From Candidatus Latescibacterota bacterium (GTDB lineage Bacteria > Latescibacterota > UBA2968 > GCA-2709665), in assembly GCA_965116875.1 (NCBI GenBank), contig OZ220733.1, forward strand, positions 4,256,001 to 4,320,000: 64,000 nt of DNA, in the 5' to 3' direction. The translations under genes and the position numbers were made by a program. Below the pieces are notes generated by a model, which worked only from the letters and a program-made list of their open reading frames with translations, was not told the DNA's origin and made no database searches. Below, one piece after another: positions 1 to 8,804 of the stretch. Every line of letters begins with the position of its first letter. Positions within the stretch are counted from its first letter, which is position 1.

Positions 1-1055
1 ACTTCGGGCGTTCCGGGGAAGATTTCGCGTACGCGTTCGTCAAACCGGCACCACTCCTGGATTCCGAAGTTGGGCGCCCAGAGGTCCAGGTGCAGATTGG
101 CGGCGTGCCCGACCGGAGAAACGTCCCCCGGTCCGTGCCAGGCGGTGCGGATGCCGTACATGCCGGCGAATGCCGCCACGTTGCGGGCGGGCGTCAGGCC
201 GCCCATCTGGCTGATGTGCATTCGGATAAAGTCGATCAGCCGGTCCTGGATCAGCGGCGTCCACTCCCGCGGATGGTTGAAGAGTTCCCCCATGGCGATC
301 GGCGTGGCGCATTGCCGCCGGATATTGCGGAACCACTCCAGGTCTTCCGGCGCGAGCGGGTCCTCCAGAAAAAACAGCTTGAAGGGCTCCGCGTCTTTCG
401 CGAACTGTACCGCGTCTATCGGTACGAGGCGTTCGTGAATGTCGTGGAGGAGCTCGACGTGCGGGGCCGTGTTTGAACGGACATGCCCGATCATGTCGAG
501 GACCCCGCGCGCATATTCCCGCGGGTCGTAGTACGCCCCTTCCCGTGCTCCTTCCGGGGCGCGCAGCCTGGACGTCCGGCCTCCATACCCGCCCATCTGC
601 ACGCGGATGTGCTGATAGCCCTGCTCCTGGTATTTCTGGACGTTGTCCAGGACTTCGTTCCTGTCTCCACCGTCGGCGTGCGCGTAGCAGGCCGCGGCTT
701 CCCGGCATTTGCCGCCCAGGAGCTGGTAGACGGGCATCCCCGCTCGCTTGCCCTTGATATCCCACAGTGCGATATCGACCCCGGAAATCGCATTGTTGAG
801 AACGGGGCCGTTACGCCAGTATCCATTGACCATGGACGTCTGCCAGATGTCTTCGATGCGGTCGACGTCGCGTCCGATGAGAAAGGGTTTCAGGTGGTCT
901 TCGAGGGCGGTATGGACGGCGCGAAACCGCTGGGTGAACGTGGCGCAGCCGAGACCGTAGAGCCCCGGTTGGGACGTGACGATTTTGACCACGATCAGGC
1001 GCGATCCGGCGGGCTGGGTGAGGATGGTTCTGACGTCGCGTATGGTGATGGGCAA
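1..1055 (-). CDS. Enolase-superfamily D-mannonate dehydratase/RspA-like protein, 3' end runs off the window
   Basis: Not in the ORF track. Manual translation from TTG at 1055 (GGAG SD upstream) gives MPITIRDVRTILTQP...GLYGLGCATFTQR...YWRNGPVLNNAISGVDIALWDIKGK...LLHDIHERL...FFLED...MGELF...TAWHGPGDVSPVG, typical of ManD/RspA. Confidence 0.88.
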   Translation of the reverse strand, partial: MPITIRDVRTILTQPAGSRLIVVKIVTSQPGLYGLGCATFTQRFRAVHTALEDHLKPFLIGRDVDRIEDIWQTSMVNGYWRNGPVLNNAISGVDIALWDIKGKRAGMPVYQLLGGKCREAAACYAHADGGDRNEVLDNVQKYQEQGYQHIRVQMGGYGGRTSRLRAPEGAREGAYYDPREYARGVLDMIGHVRSNTAPHVELLHDIHERLVPIDAVQFAKDAEPFKLFFLEDPLAPEDLEWFRNIRRQCATPIAMGELFNHPREWTPLIQDRLIDFIRMHISQMGGLTPARNVAAFAGMYGIRTAWHGPGDVSPVGHAANLHLDLWAPNFGIQEWCRFDERVREIFPGTPE

Positions 1056-1123
1056 GGATCGACTCCGGGTGAATGGAGATGGATATGGACGCCCCGGGCT
1101 TCTTTAATAAAGTCCGTCCGGTG

Positions 1124-1141
1124 AAATGTCCAAGGACATTT
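1124..1141. promoter_or_regulatory. Operator-like perfect palindrome AAATGTCC-AA-GGACATTT
   Basis: 8-bp inverted repeat about 70 nt upstream of the ManD/RspA start. Confidence 0.45.
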
Positions 1142-1206
1142 TCGGGGGTTGCCCGCTGATCGAGCCGAACCGATGCCCGCACGGGCGCGTCGGCTTGTCC
1201 GGAGGT

Positions 1207-2511
1207 CTACAGCAGTCCTTCCTTTTGCAGAATGTCTCCCGCGATCGCGTAGGTCGTGCCGTGCATGCCGATGACGACGAGACCCAGCCCCTCCGCCAGG
1301 TATCCGCCGGGGTACATGTTCGGGATGGCGGCGCATTCATAGTTGTGCGGGTGCGTGGGTAATTGATGGACCTGGAAGCGGTAGTTGTCGTATTTCTCCA
1401 CAAGGGGAAGGGGCGGAAATCCATCGAAAAGGGAATAGTCCGCGATGCCGCCGATTTCGAGGAGGGCGTGATCGACTTCCAGCGTTTCGCAGTTGCCGTT
1501 GCGGCCAAGCGTGGCAATGCCTCCGGATTCGTGCTGCTCGAAACCCTGGACCCGGGTTTCGTAATGTGGTTTCAGGCGCGGGGACCGGCTCTCCATGATT
1601 TCGGCGATCCGCGCGTAATAGGGGAGGCCCCGTCGGCTGTCCGAAATGAGGCGCCAGTGACGGTCGAATGGTTGACGCATGACGTAGTGGACGTGCCTGC
1701 CCGCGTCGTGCAATTCGGTCGCCGCCCAGTCGGCGGAGCGGCCGCCGCCCACGACGAGGATGCGCTCTCCGGGATAGGTCCCCGGTTGATCGTAGCCTGA
1801 AGTGACGAACGGCAGGTGTTCGCCGGGCACGTTGAGTTTCCGGGGAATGCACCGCTGCCCCACCGCGTAGACCAGGTATTTACACGTGTAGCGTCGGGTG
1901 CTTTCCGTTCCGAGGACGCGGGACGTGAGCAGAAAGCCGGCGTCGTGGGGCTGGATACGGGTCACGCGCTCGTGTGTGCGGATATGGTCTTCGACGTCGA
2001 AAAGGCCCGGTACGGCGTGGTAATAGTCCAGGAGGTGTCGTTTCGAAATCAGGGCGTTGGCGTCCAGTTGCACCTGCCGTTCACGGCAGTGACGGCTGAG
2101 CGGATAGAAGGCGAATTCCATCCATTGCCCTGGAGACAGGGTGAGCATGTTTTCCGGGACATTGTTCCACACGCCGCCAACCTCTTCCTGCGTGATCAGC
2201 AACACGTCGACGGGTTCGCGCCGGCGGAATTCCAGAGCGATTTCACCCTCGCCGCGGAACTTCTGTCCCGGATGGTGCAGTATGCGAAACAGGTCCACGG
2301 GACGGATTCCGAGGTTCACCAGAGATCTGAAATCCAGGCCCAACAGCGTGCCGTTTTCGCTGCGAAGAAATCGATCGATCTGCCCGTATCGATTTCGGAA
2401 CAGGTCGCCGCCCCGGTAATAGGGGTGCCACCCGCCGAGTACCACGGCCAGCGGCAGACCCGCCGGGCCCCCGCCCACGATGACAACGGTATGGTGCTCG
2501 GGTTTACCCAT
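1207..2511 (-). CDS. FAD/NAD(P)-dependent oxidoreductase, OSGIN1/OKL38-like
   Basis: Two Rossmann motifs (VIVGGGPAG, ILVVGGGRSAAD), GGVW..MLTLSPGQWM motif, GGAG SD. Confidence 0.8.
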   Translation of the reverse strand: MGKPEHHTVVIVGGGPAGLPLAVVLGGWHPYYRGGDLFRNRYGQIDRFLRSENGTLLGLDFRSLVNLGIRPVDLFRILHHPGQKFRGEGEIALEFRRREPVDVLLITQEEVGGVWNNVPENMLTLSPGQWMEFAFYPLSRHCRERQVQLDANALISKRHLLDYYHAVPGLFDVEDHIRTHERVTRIQPHDAGFLLTSRVLGTESTRRYTCKYLVYAVGQRCIPRKLNVPGEHLPFVTSGYDQPGTYPGERILVVGGGRSADWAATELHDAGRHVHYVMRQPFDRHWRLISDSRRGLPYYARIAEIMESRSPRLKPHYETRVQGFEQHESGGIATLGRNGNCETLEVDHALLEIGGIADYSLFDGFPPLPLVEKYDNYRFQVHQLPTHPHNYECAAIPNMYPGGYLAEGLGLVVIGMHGTTYAIAGDILQKEGLL

Positions 2512-2619
2512 GGAGTCCTGGTGAAACCGGTCGGAAGGCCTGCGCCCTGGGCACGGAATCCTCGAAATGGGGGCGGACAGATGCGCGGGTGGTCCGGCCG
2601 GGAACCAGGGGTGTAGACC

Positions 2620-2648
2620 TTGACTTCAACGGTTGAATGACGTATGAT
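2620..2648 (+). promoter_or_regulatory. Sigma70-type promoter with palindrome in the spacer
   Basis: TTGACT-17 nt-TATGAT; TTCAAC-G-GTTGAA at 2625-2637. Confidence 0.6.
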
Positions 2649-2733
2649 GGTGCTTTTGAAGGAGCGGCTACAAAGTAGATCTGATACCCTGGGGAGTCAA
2701 GCCGAATATCATTGACCGGAGGGTGAGAAGTCT

Positions 2734-4101
2734 ATGGCGGACGAAAACCAGCTGGACGTTGGGGAAATTCGGGCGCAGGACCGCGCGCACGTGTGGCATC
2801 CGATGATGCAGCATCGGACGCTGGAGCACCGGGACCTGATGGTGGTCCACAAGGGAAAGGGAACCACGGTCATGGACGCGGAGGGTCGTGAGTTCCTGGA
2901 TGCGTACGCGGGGCTCTGGAACGTCAACGTCGGATACGGCCGCAGGGAAATCGCGGAGGCCGTGTACGAACAGATGCTGCAGCTTTCGTACTATCCCCAT
3001 CTGCACGTAAATCTGCCCGCCACGAAGCTGGCTTCAAGGCTCGCCGATCTGCTCCCAGGGGACCTGAACCATCTCTTCTTCTCCAACAGCGGTTCCGAGG
3101 CGAACGAAACCGCTCTGAAAATCGCGAGGCAGTATGGCCGGCAGAAGTACCCGGGCCAGAACCGGTTCAAGGTGATTGCCAGATACCAGGGTTATCATGG
3201 GTTTACCTTCGGTGCGATGTCCGCGACGGGACAGGTTGCCAGAAGGGCCGGGTTCGAACCCCTGATGCCGGGTTTTCTGCACGTGAACCCGCCCTGGTCT
3301 TTTCGTTTCGGTTCGAAAGTGACCTATCCCGACGGCGGTGTGGCGTGTGCGAACCAGGTCGAAGAGGTCATTGTCCGGGAGGACCCGACAACGATTGCGG
3401 CGGTCATTGTCGAACCCATTATCGGCGGCGGCGGGGTGATCGTCCCGCCGGACGGGTATCTGCCGCGCCTTCGTGAAATCTGTGACCAATACGGCGTGCT
3501 TCTGATCCTCGACGAGGTGATCACCGGGTTCGGCCGGACTGGCAAGCTGTTTGCCGCCGAACACTGGGGCGTGGTTCCGGACATGATGACCATGGCAAAG
3601 GGCGTGTCCAGCGGATATCTGCCCCTCGGAGCGTGCGCGGTGACGCCGGAGGTGTTCGAGACCTTCATGGGCGAACCCGACGAGCACCGGGAATTTTCCT
3701 CGGTGTCCACCTATGGCGGACATCCGGCCTGCTGCACAGCGGCCCTGGCGAATCTGGACATTCTGACGTCCGAACGTCTTTGGGAGAATTCCGCGGAAAT
3801 CGGCGCTTACCTTCTGGATGCGTTGGAACGACTGGATTCTCCGTTCATCGGAGAAGTGCGGGGCAAGGGGCTGATGATCGCCGTAGAGCTTGCCGCGGAG
3901 AACGGAGATATGCTGGACCCGGAGCGGGTCGCGGCGGTGCAGGCCGGCATCCTTGAACAGGGCGTGATCGTGGGGCGAATGAGCCACGTGATGCACGGAC
4001 CCGAGAGTATTTTCTTCCTGGCGCCGCCTCTGATACTCACACGAGACGAAGCGGACCGAATCGTCTCGGCGTTCGATTTCGGACTAAAACGTATATGCTA
4101 A
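2734..4101 (+). CDS. Class III PLP-dependent aminotransferase (omega-amine/BioA-like)
   Basis: GLWNVNVGYGR, NSGSEANE, YHG, EPIIGGGG, DEVITGFGRTG, MAKG (PLP Lys), GEVRGKGL. Confidence 0.93.
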   Translation: MADENQLDVGEIRAQDRAHVWHPMMQHRTLEHRDLMVVHKGKGTTVMDAEGREFLDAYAGLWNVNVGYGRREIAEAVYEQMLQLSYYPHLHVNLPATKLASRLADLLPGDLNHLFFSNSGSEANETALKIARQYGRQKYPGQNRFKVIARYQGYHGFTFGAMSATGQVARRAGFEPLMPGFLHVNPPWSFRFGSKVTYPDGGVACANQVEEVIVREDPTTIAAVIVEPIIGGGGVIVPPDGYLPRLREICDQYGVLLILDEVITGFGRTGKLFAAEHWGVVPDMMTMAKGVSSGYLPLGACAVTPEVFETFMGEPDEHREFSSVSTYGGHPACCTAALANLDILTSERLWENSAEIGAYLLDALERLDSPFIGEVRGKGLMIAVELAAENGDMLDPERVAAVQAGILEQGVIVGRMSHVMHGPESIFFLAPPLILTRDEADRIVSAFDFGLKRIC

Positions 4102-4169
4102 CGCGGCCGGCATCCTGATCTACCTGGGGCTGGCGACGTTGCTGCTGCAGACACTCTTGTAGACCGCAT

Positions 4170-5732
4170 ATGCAGGCCTGTTTTCGACACTATGCCGCCC
4201 TCAGGAAGGAGATGGACGCCTGGCTGGGGCAGAGCCGGCGTATGGACCCTCCGGGCAGACACGGCGGCGGCGAGGACGAAGCCAACTACGCTCTGGCGTG
4301 GTTCCCGCACTTTCTTGTGACGGGCAATCCGGCGGTCGCGGAGCACTTCGAGTATCTCCGGGATCAACTTGCGGGGTGGGTCCGGCGCGAATGCCTGCAC
4401 GGCTACGAGCCTGAGGCGGAGGCGCATCATGGCACCGAGCCGTTCCTCCTCTTTCTCCCGCGCTATCTGGGTCTGTTTCCGGATGACGGGGTCGCCGCGC
4501 AACTGCTTGCGGATGCGGCCGAACACATCGGAAACTGGGTGAAGGGGATTCCGGCGTGGTTCGACTGGGACCGGAACCGGTTCTTCGGATACCACATTGG
4601 TACGCGGACCGTCGGGCGGGACCCGGAGCACGCGGTGGAACTGGCGGAGCACTTCCGGTTCATCCACATCGCCCTTGCGGCTTACCGTGTGTTGAAGCAG
4701 GATCCGTACCTGGACTGGGCGTTGCGGTACGGCAGGCGTCGCGCGGAGATGATCGTGGCGGCGCAGGACGGGGAGTTGCCGGTGATGTGGGGGCCTGACG
4801 GACGGCCTCTGAGCGAATGCGAGTATACGGAATCGCAGCGTCGGATGAGCGCCGCAAGCCACCATTTGCCGGACGATCCGGCCAGGGGCGTGGAGGTGCT
4901 GCTGGCATCCGGCGCGGTCCATGCGCTGGGCGATCTGTTTCGGCTGTCCGGCGAGAAGGTCTTTCGCGACGCGGGATTCCGGATCGTCGAGCCGCTCGTG
5001 TCCATGCTTCACGACCCCTATTGCGATCCGGGCGCCGCTGCCGTTTCCTTCTACCGTTGCGCCTTTGGCGACGACACCCTGGATGGCCGCATCCTGGAAA
5101 TGGTGGGGCGGCTCCCGGAAGAGGAGCCTGGCGAACTCGTGCTGATGGCGCCCGAGATTCCAAGGATGGTCTTTCCCGGCGTCGGGAAGCGCGCGGATAT
5201 GCTGCATTGGGGCGTGCAGTCGGACGGTATGGACATCGTTGCGCCAACGCGCGAGCCGTGTACGGCCACGTTGACACTTGCCTTCCAGATGACCGGAGAC
5301 GAGTCGTTTGCATCGCGGGCACTGAAGCAGGCGGCGCGGAAGCTGAAGGTGGCGCGGCGCGTACTGAGAGGCGGAAGAGAGCACGCGGACATGGGCGGGG
5401 CGGTCTGCTCCGTGGCCGCCGGCCACGGTCGAAACTGGGGTACGGGAGCGGTAACCGGATGCTACGGTCCGCTGCTGATCGGCGCCAGGGAGCAACTTGG
5501 CGCGCTGGCGTCCGCGTTGGAATTCCGCCGTCCGGGAGGCGGGTCCGGTCTGCCGGAAGAGGTGGTTTCACTGGTCGTACCACCCATTCGATCCGCAGGA
5601 AACGTCCGGATCTTCAACGGCGGTGACGCGGACGTGGACGTCTGCTGGAGGCGGCCCGGGGACACGTGGCAGGAGGTCTCGCTCCCGCCCGGCGGTCAGG
5701 CGAAGACGGTGTTGAAGGAGGATGTGCGATGA
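4170..5732 (+). CDS. Hypothetical protein, possibly an (alpha/alpha)6-toroid carbohydrate-modifying enzyme
   Basis: 520-aa ORF in an operon; stop overlaps the next ATG (ATGA); helical and His/Glu/Trp-rich. Fold is a guess. Confidence 0.6.
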   Translation: MQACFRHYAALRKEMDAWLGQSRRMDPPGRHGGGEDEANYALAWFPHFLVTGNPAVAEHFEYLRDQLAGWVRRECLHGYEPEAEAHHGTEPFLLFLPRYLGLFPDDGVAAQLLADAAEHIGNWVKGIPAWFDWDRNRFFGYHIGTRTVGRDPEHAVELAEHFRFIHIALAAYRVLKQDPYLDWALRYGRRRAEMIVAAQDGELPVMWGPDGRPLSECEYTESQRRMSAASHHLPDDPARGVEVLLASGAVHALGDLFRLSGEKVFRDAGFRIVEPLVSMLHDPYCDPGAAAVSFYRCAFGDDTLDGRILEMVGRLPEEEPGELVLMAPEIPRMVFPGVGKRADMLHWGVQSDGMDIVAPTREPCTATLTLAFQMTGDESFASRALKQAARKLKVARRVLRGGREHADMGGAVCSVAAGHGRNWGTGAVTGCYGPLLIGAREQLGALASALEFRRPGGGSGLPEEVVSLVVPPIRSAGNVRIFNGGDADVDVCWRRPGDTWQEVSLPPGGQAKTVLKEDVR

Positions 5733-6709
5733 GATACCGTACGCTTGGACAGACCGGATTGATGGTCTCGGAGATCGGCCTCGGCGCGTTTCCGATATCG
5801 GGGATGCAGCGGCAGGCCGACGGCTCCCGGTTCGGATGGACCGGGACCGGGGACGCGGAGTCGATCGCGCTGATACATCGCTGTGAGGACCTGGGCGTCA
5901 ATCTGATCGATTCCGCGGAAAGTTACGGCGACGGGCACAGTGAGGTTCTCACGGGCAAGGCGCTGAGGGGTCGGAGAGACAAATGGATCGTGGCCACGAA
6001 GGTGCAGCCGAACGCGGGCATCGATGCTGAAGCCAGGGATGCATCCGCGGTTCGGCGTCGAATTACAGAGGCGTGCGAGCTCAGCCTGAAGCGTCTGGCG
6101 ATGGACCACGTCGACCTCTATCAGTTGCACGCCGTTCCGTTCGAATGGGCGATGCCAACGGTAATGGACGCGCTGGCGGAGCTCAAACAGGCAGGCAAGA
6201 TACGGTGGTACGGGATTTCCACCAATGACCGGCAAGCGGTGGAAAAACTGCGTGCTTTCGGTCCTGTACACATGCTGCAGATCGGCTACAATCTGCTGGA
6301 ACGTTCAGCGGATGGATTTTTGCACTGGGCGAAGGCCGAGAATATCGGCACGCTGATTCGGGTGCCGCTGGCAAAGGGGCAGCTGACGGGCAAGTATTTC
6401 GGCGCGGAAGCGCGGACCATCCCCGAAAACGACGTGCGATACGAACGATTCAACACGCCCGAGACGGTCGATGGGCTGAAACGCCTGCCGCAACTGCTGT
6501 TCCTGCGGAACCGGACGCGGACCATGGCGCAGGCGGCGCTGCGTTTCGTTCTGGATCACCCGGGCGTGTCGTGCGTGATCGCCGGCGCAAAGAACCGCCG
6601 CCAGGTGGACGAGAACGCCGGCGCCGTTGAAATGCCACCGTTGACCGACGGCGAGCTCGAACGCGCGATCCCGATCGCCGATACCATCGGTACGCCAGGT
6701 TGGATTTAG
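5729..6709 (+). CDS. Aldo/keto reductase
   Basis: MRYRTLGQTGLMVSEIGLG, IDSAESYG, VATK, SLKRLAMDHVDLYQLH, GKIRWYGIS; GGAGG SD. Confidence 0.93.
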   Translation: MRYRTLGQTGLMVSEIGLGAFPISGMQRQADGSRFGWTGTGDAESIALIHRCEDLGVNLIDSAESYGDGHSEVLTGKALRGRRDKWIVATKVQPNAGIDAEARDASAVRRRITEACELSLKRLAMDHVDLYQLHAVPFEWAMPTVMDALAELKQAGKIRWYGISTNDRQAVEKLRAFGPVHMLQIGYNLLERSADGFLHWAKAENIGTLIRVPLAKGQLTGKYFGAEARTIPENDVRYERFNTPETVDGLKRLPQLLFLRNRTRTMAQAALRFVLDHPGVSCVIAGAKNRRQVDENAGAVEMPPLTDGELERAIPIADTIGTPGWI

Positions 6710-6719
6710 CAGGAGGAAG

Positions 6720-7985
6720 TTGATGTCTTCCGCGGTTCGAATTGGCGTTGTGGGTTGTGGGAGAATCCTGAACGCACACTTGCGCGGGTTCCGCGTGCTT
6801 CAGGAAAATGGGTTCGGGGATCTCTTCCGGGTTACGGCGCTTTGTGCAAGGAAACGTGAGGACGCCCTTCGATTTCGAACGCGGGGCGAAGGCCCCGGAC
6901 CCAGACCGGCGCCGGTGGAGGCCCCGGGGGACCCGCTGAACGCGCCGCACGCGTACATCAGCGACCTGCATCCCGGGCAGGACACGGCGGTTTTCACGGA
7001 CTACCGCGAGATGCTGAAACGCGGCCCGGTCGACGCGGTGTGCATCCTGACGGGACACGATACGCACCACGCCATCGCCATCGATGCCATGCGCGCCGGC
7101 AGGCACGCGATTGTCGAAAAGCCGATGGCGATTTCGGTAAAGGCCGCCCGGCGGATGTGTGAAGCGGCTTCCGAGACGAACACGTTGTTGAGCGTTGCGG
7201 AAAACGTGAACTTCACGCCTGCCGTGCGTGCGAGCCGGTGGGCTGTCAGGGAGGGACTGATCGGCGACGTGCAGATGGTCTACCGCGGGGCGATCGGGTT
7301 CCGGTCTCACCGTCCTGATCTGGTGGCCGCACGCACGCCGTGGCGGCAGTCAAAGCTGGGCGCGGGGGGCGGGGTGTCGATCGATCTGGGGGTGCATCTC
7401 TTCAACGGCGTTCGGACGATCTGCGGACCGGTGCATTCGGTGCAGGCGTTGTGGCGGGTCCTGGAGCCGGTCCGGGTGCTGATGTCGGACGACGACAGTG
7501 GGGTCGAGGACGAGGTGGAAAACCAGGTCGACGACGTGTTCTTCACCAATTTCAGGCTGGAGAACGGAGCGATCGGGCACATGGCGGTGGCACGCAGCGC
7601 CAGGGGAACGCAGATCGGGGTGCCGGGAGGGACGAATGTATTCGGCAGCAGAGGCGCGCTGTCAGACGGAAAGATCTTTGCACAGGACGGGAACGGAGAA
7701 GACGTCCTGCGGCGGTTCCGGAGAGAGGCCGCGGAACGGGAGCGGGACGAAGCGATGCCCGCCGGGATTACGGATGCATTCGCGCTGGAGAACCTGGACT
7801 GGCTGCGCGCGATCCGCAACGGTTCGCCCTTGCGGATGTCCGGCGAGGAGGGGACGATCGATCTGGCCCTGAGCTACGCGATCCTGGAGTCGGGGCTGCT
7901 GGGCAGGGAGGTTGCCCTGGACGAGATGCTGCGCGGCGACGCGGATGGATACCAGAGGCCCATCAACGCGCACTACGGGTTGTAG
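6720..7985 (+). CDS. Gfo/Idh/MocA family oxidoreductase
   Basis: IGVVGCGRI, HAIVEKPMA, GGGVSIDLGVH. Confidence 0.9.
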   Translation: MMSSAVRIGVVGCGRILNAHLRGFRVLQENGFGDLFRVTALCARKREDALRFRTRGEGPGPRPAPVEAPGDPLNAPHAYISDLHPGQDTAVFTDYREMLKRGPVDAVCILTGHDTHHAIAIDAMRAGRHAIVEKPMAISVKAARRMCEAASETNTLLSVAENVNFTPAVRASRWAVREGLIGDVQMVYRGAIGFRSHRPDLVAARTPWRQSKLGAGGGVSIDLGVHLFNGVRTICGPVHSVQALWRVLEPVRVLMSDDDSGVEDEVENQVDDVFFTNFRLENGAIGHMAVARSARGTQIGVPGGTNVFGSRGALSDGKIFAQDGNGEDVLRRFRREAAERERDEAMPAGITDAFALENLDWLRAIRNGSPLRMSGEEGTIDLALSYAILESGLLGREVALDEMLRGDADGYQRPINAHYGL

Positions 7986-8021
7986 GGCCGCTGCCCGCGC
8001 GTGGAATGCGATCTCTGCCAC

Positions 8022-8049
8022 AGCCCACCGGCCCCTGGGCGGGTGGGTT
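8022..8049. terminator. GC-rich hairpin between convergent genes
   Basis: CCCACC-G-GCCC-CT-GGGC-G-GGTGGG stem-loop. Confidence 0.4.
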
Positions 8050-8064
8050 CTGGGTTCGGGGGCG

Positions 8065-8643
8065 TCAGCGTTTTTCGATTTCGAGGTTGCGGAACCAGAT
8101 CCGGCTGTCGTGGTCCTGCAGGCCGATGTACCCGGTTTCGGTCATTTCGCAGTACGCGCGGTTGAATTTGTTGGGGGCGCCGTCGGGGTTCCGTCCCGGT
8201 GCGGTCCAGCGGCTCAGGTCCATTTCGGTGACTCGCTCACCGTTCAGGTCAACCCGGATGCTGTTGTCCACGGCGCAGACGACCATCCCATTCCATTCGC
8301 CCGCGGGTTTGCAGGCGTTGTGCGTGGGGGCCTGGACGTCATAGACGGCGCCGCAGCACTTGGCGGTTGCGGGGCTCCGGCCGTGCGTGTCCAGAATCTG
8401 GATTTCGATGCCGGTCTGCACGGGGTCGTCCAGATCGGTCCATCGGAAGAAAACGCCGCTGTTGGCGCCGGGCGGGTGTTTGAACTCGAGTGACAGTTCA
8501 AAATTTCTGAACCGGTCGTTCGCATAATACAGGTATCCCCCTTTTTCCCCGGTGCAGAAGATACAATCCTGATCCACCGTCCAGCCGTCCGGATTGCCGG
8601 TGGCTGCCCATCCGTTAAGGGTTTCGCCGTCGAACAGGTGCAT
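8065..8643 (-). CDS. DUF1080 / 3-keto-disaccharide hydrolase family protein
   Basis: LFDGETLNGW, NFELSLEFK, ANSGVFFR, EIQILD, GEWN, GYIGLQDH, FRNL. Confidence 0.92.
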   Translation of the reverse strand: MHLFDGETLNGWAATGNPDGWTVDQDCIFCTGEKGGYLYYANDRFRNFELSLEFKHPPGANSGVFFRWTDLDDPVQTGIEIQILDTHGRSPATAKCCGAVYDVQAPTHNACKPAGEWNGMVVCAVDNSIRVDLNGERVTEMDLSRWTAPGRNPDGAPNKFNRAYCEMTETGYIGLQDHDSRIWFRNLEIEKR

Positions 8644-8804
8644 TTTTCGTCCCTTCAATGATTGTGTTGTGGAAACCGGCCGCCACGGGGTTGATCCCTT
8701 CTGCCGCGGCCGACTGCCGGAATGCGGAAACCATCGCCGGCAAATATCTGTCAAACGGACTGAAAATCAAAGCGAAACTCACACTCGATCGAGGAGAAAC
8801 AAGA

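Noticed and set aside
40-1182. Multiple ORFs in the track over the first kilobase
   Set aside because: Shadows of the minus-strand ManD/RspA gene.
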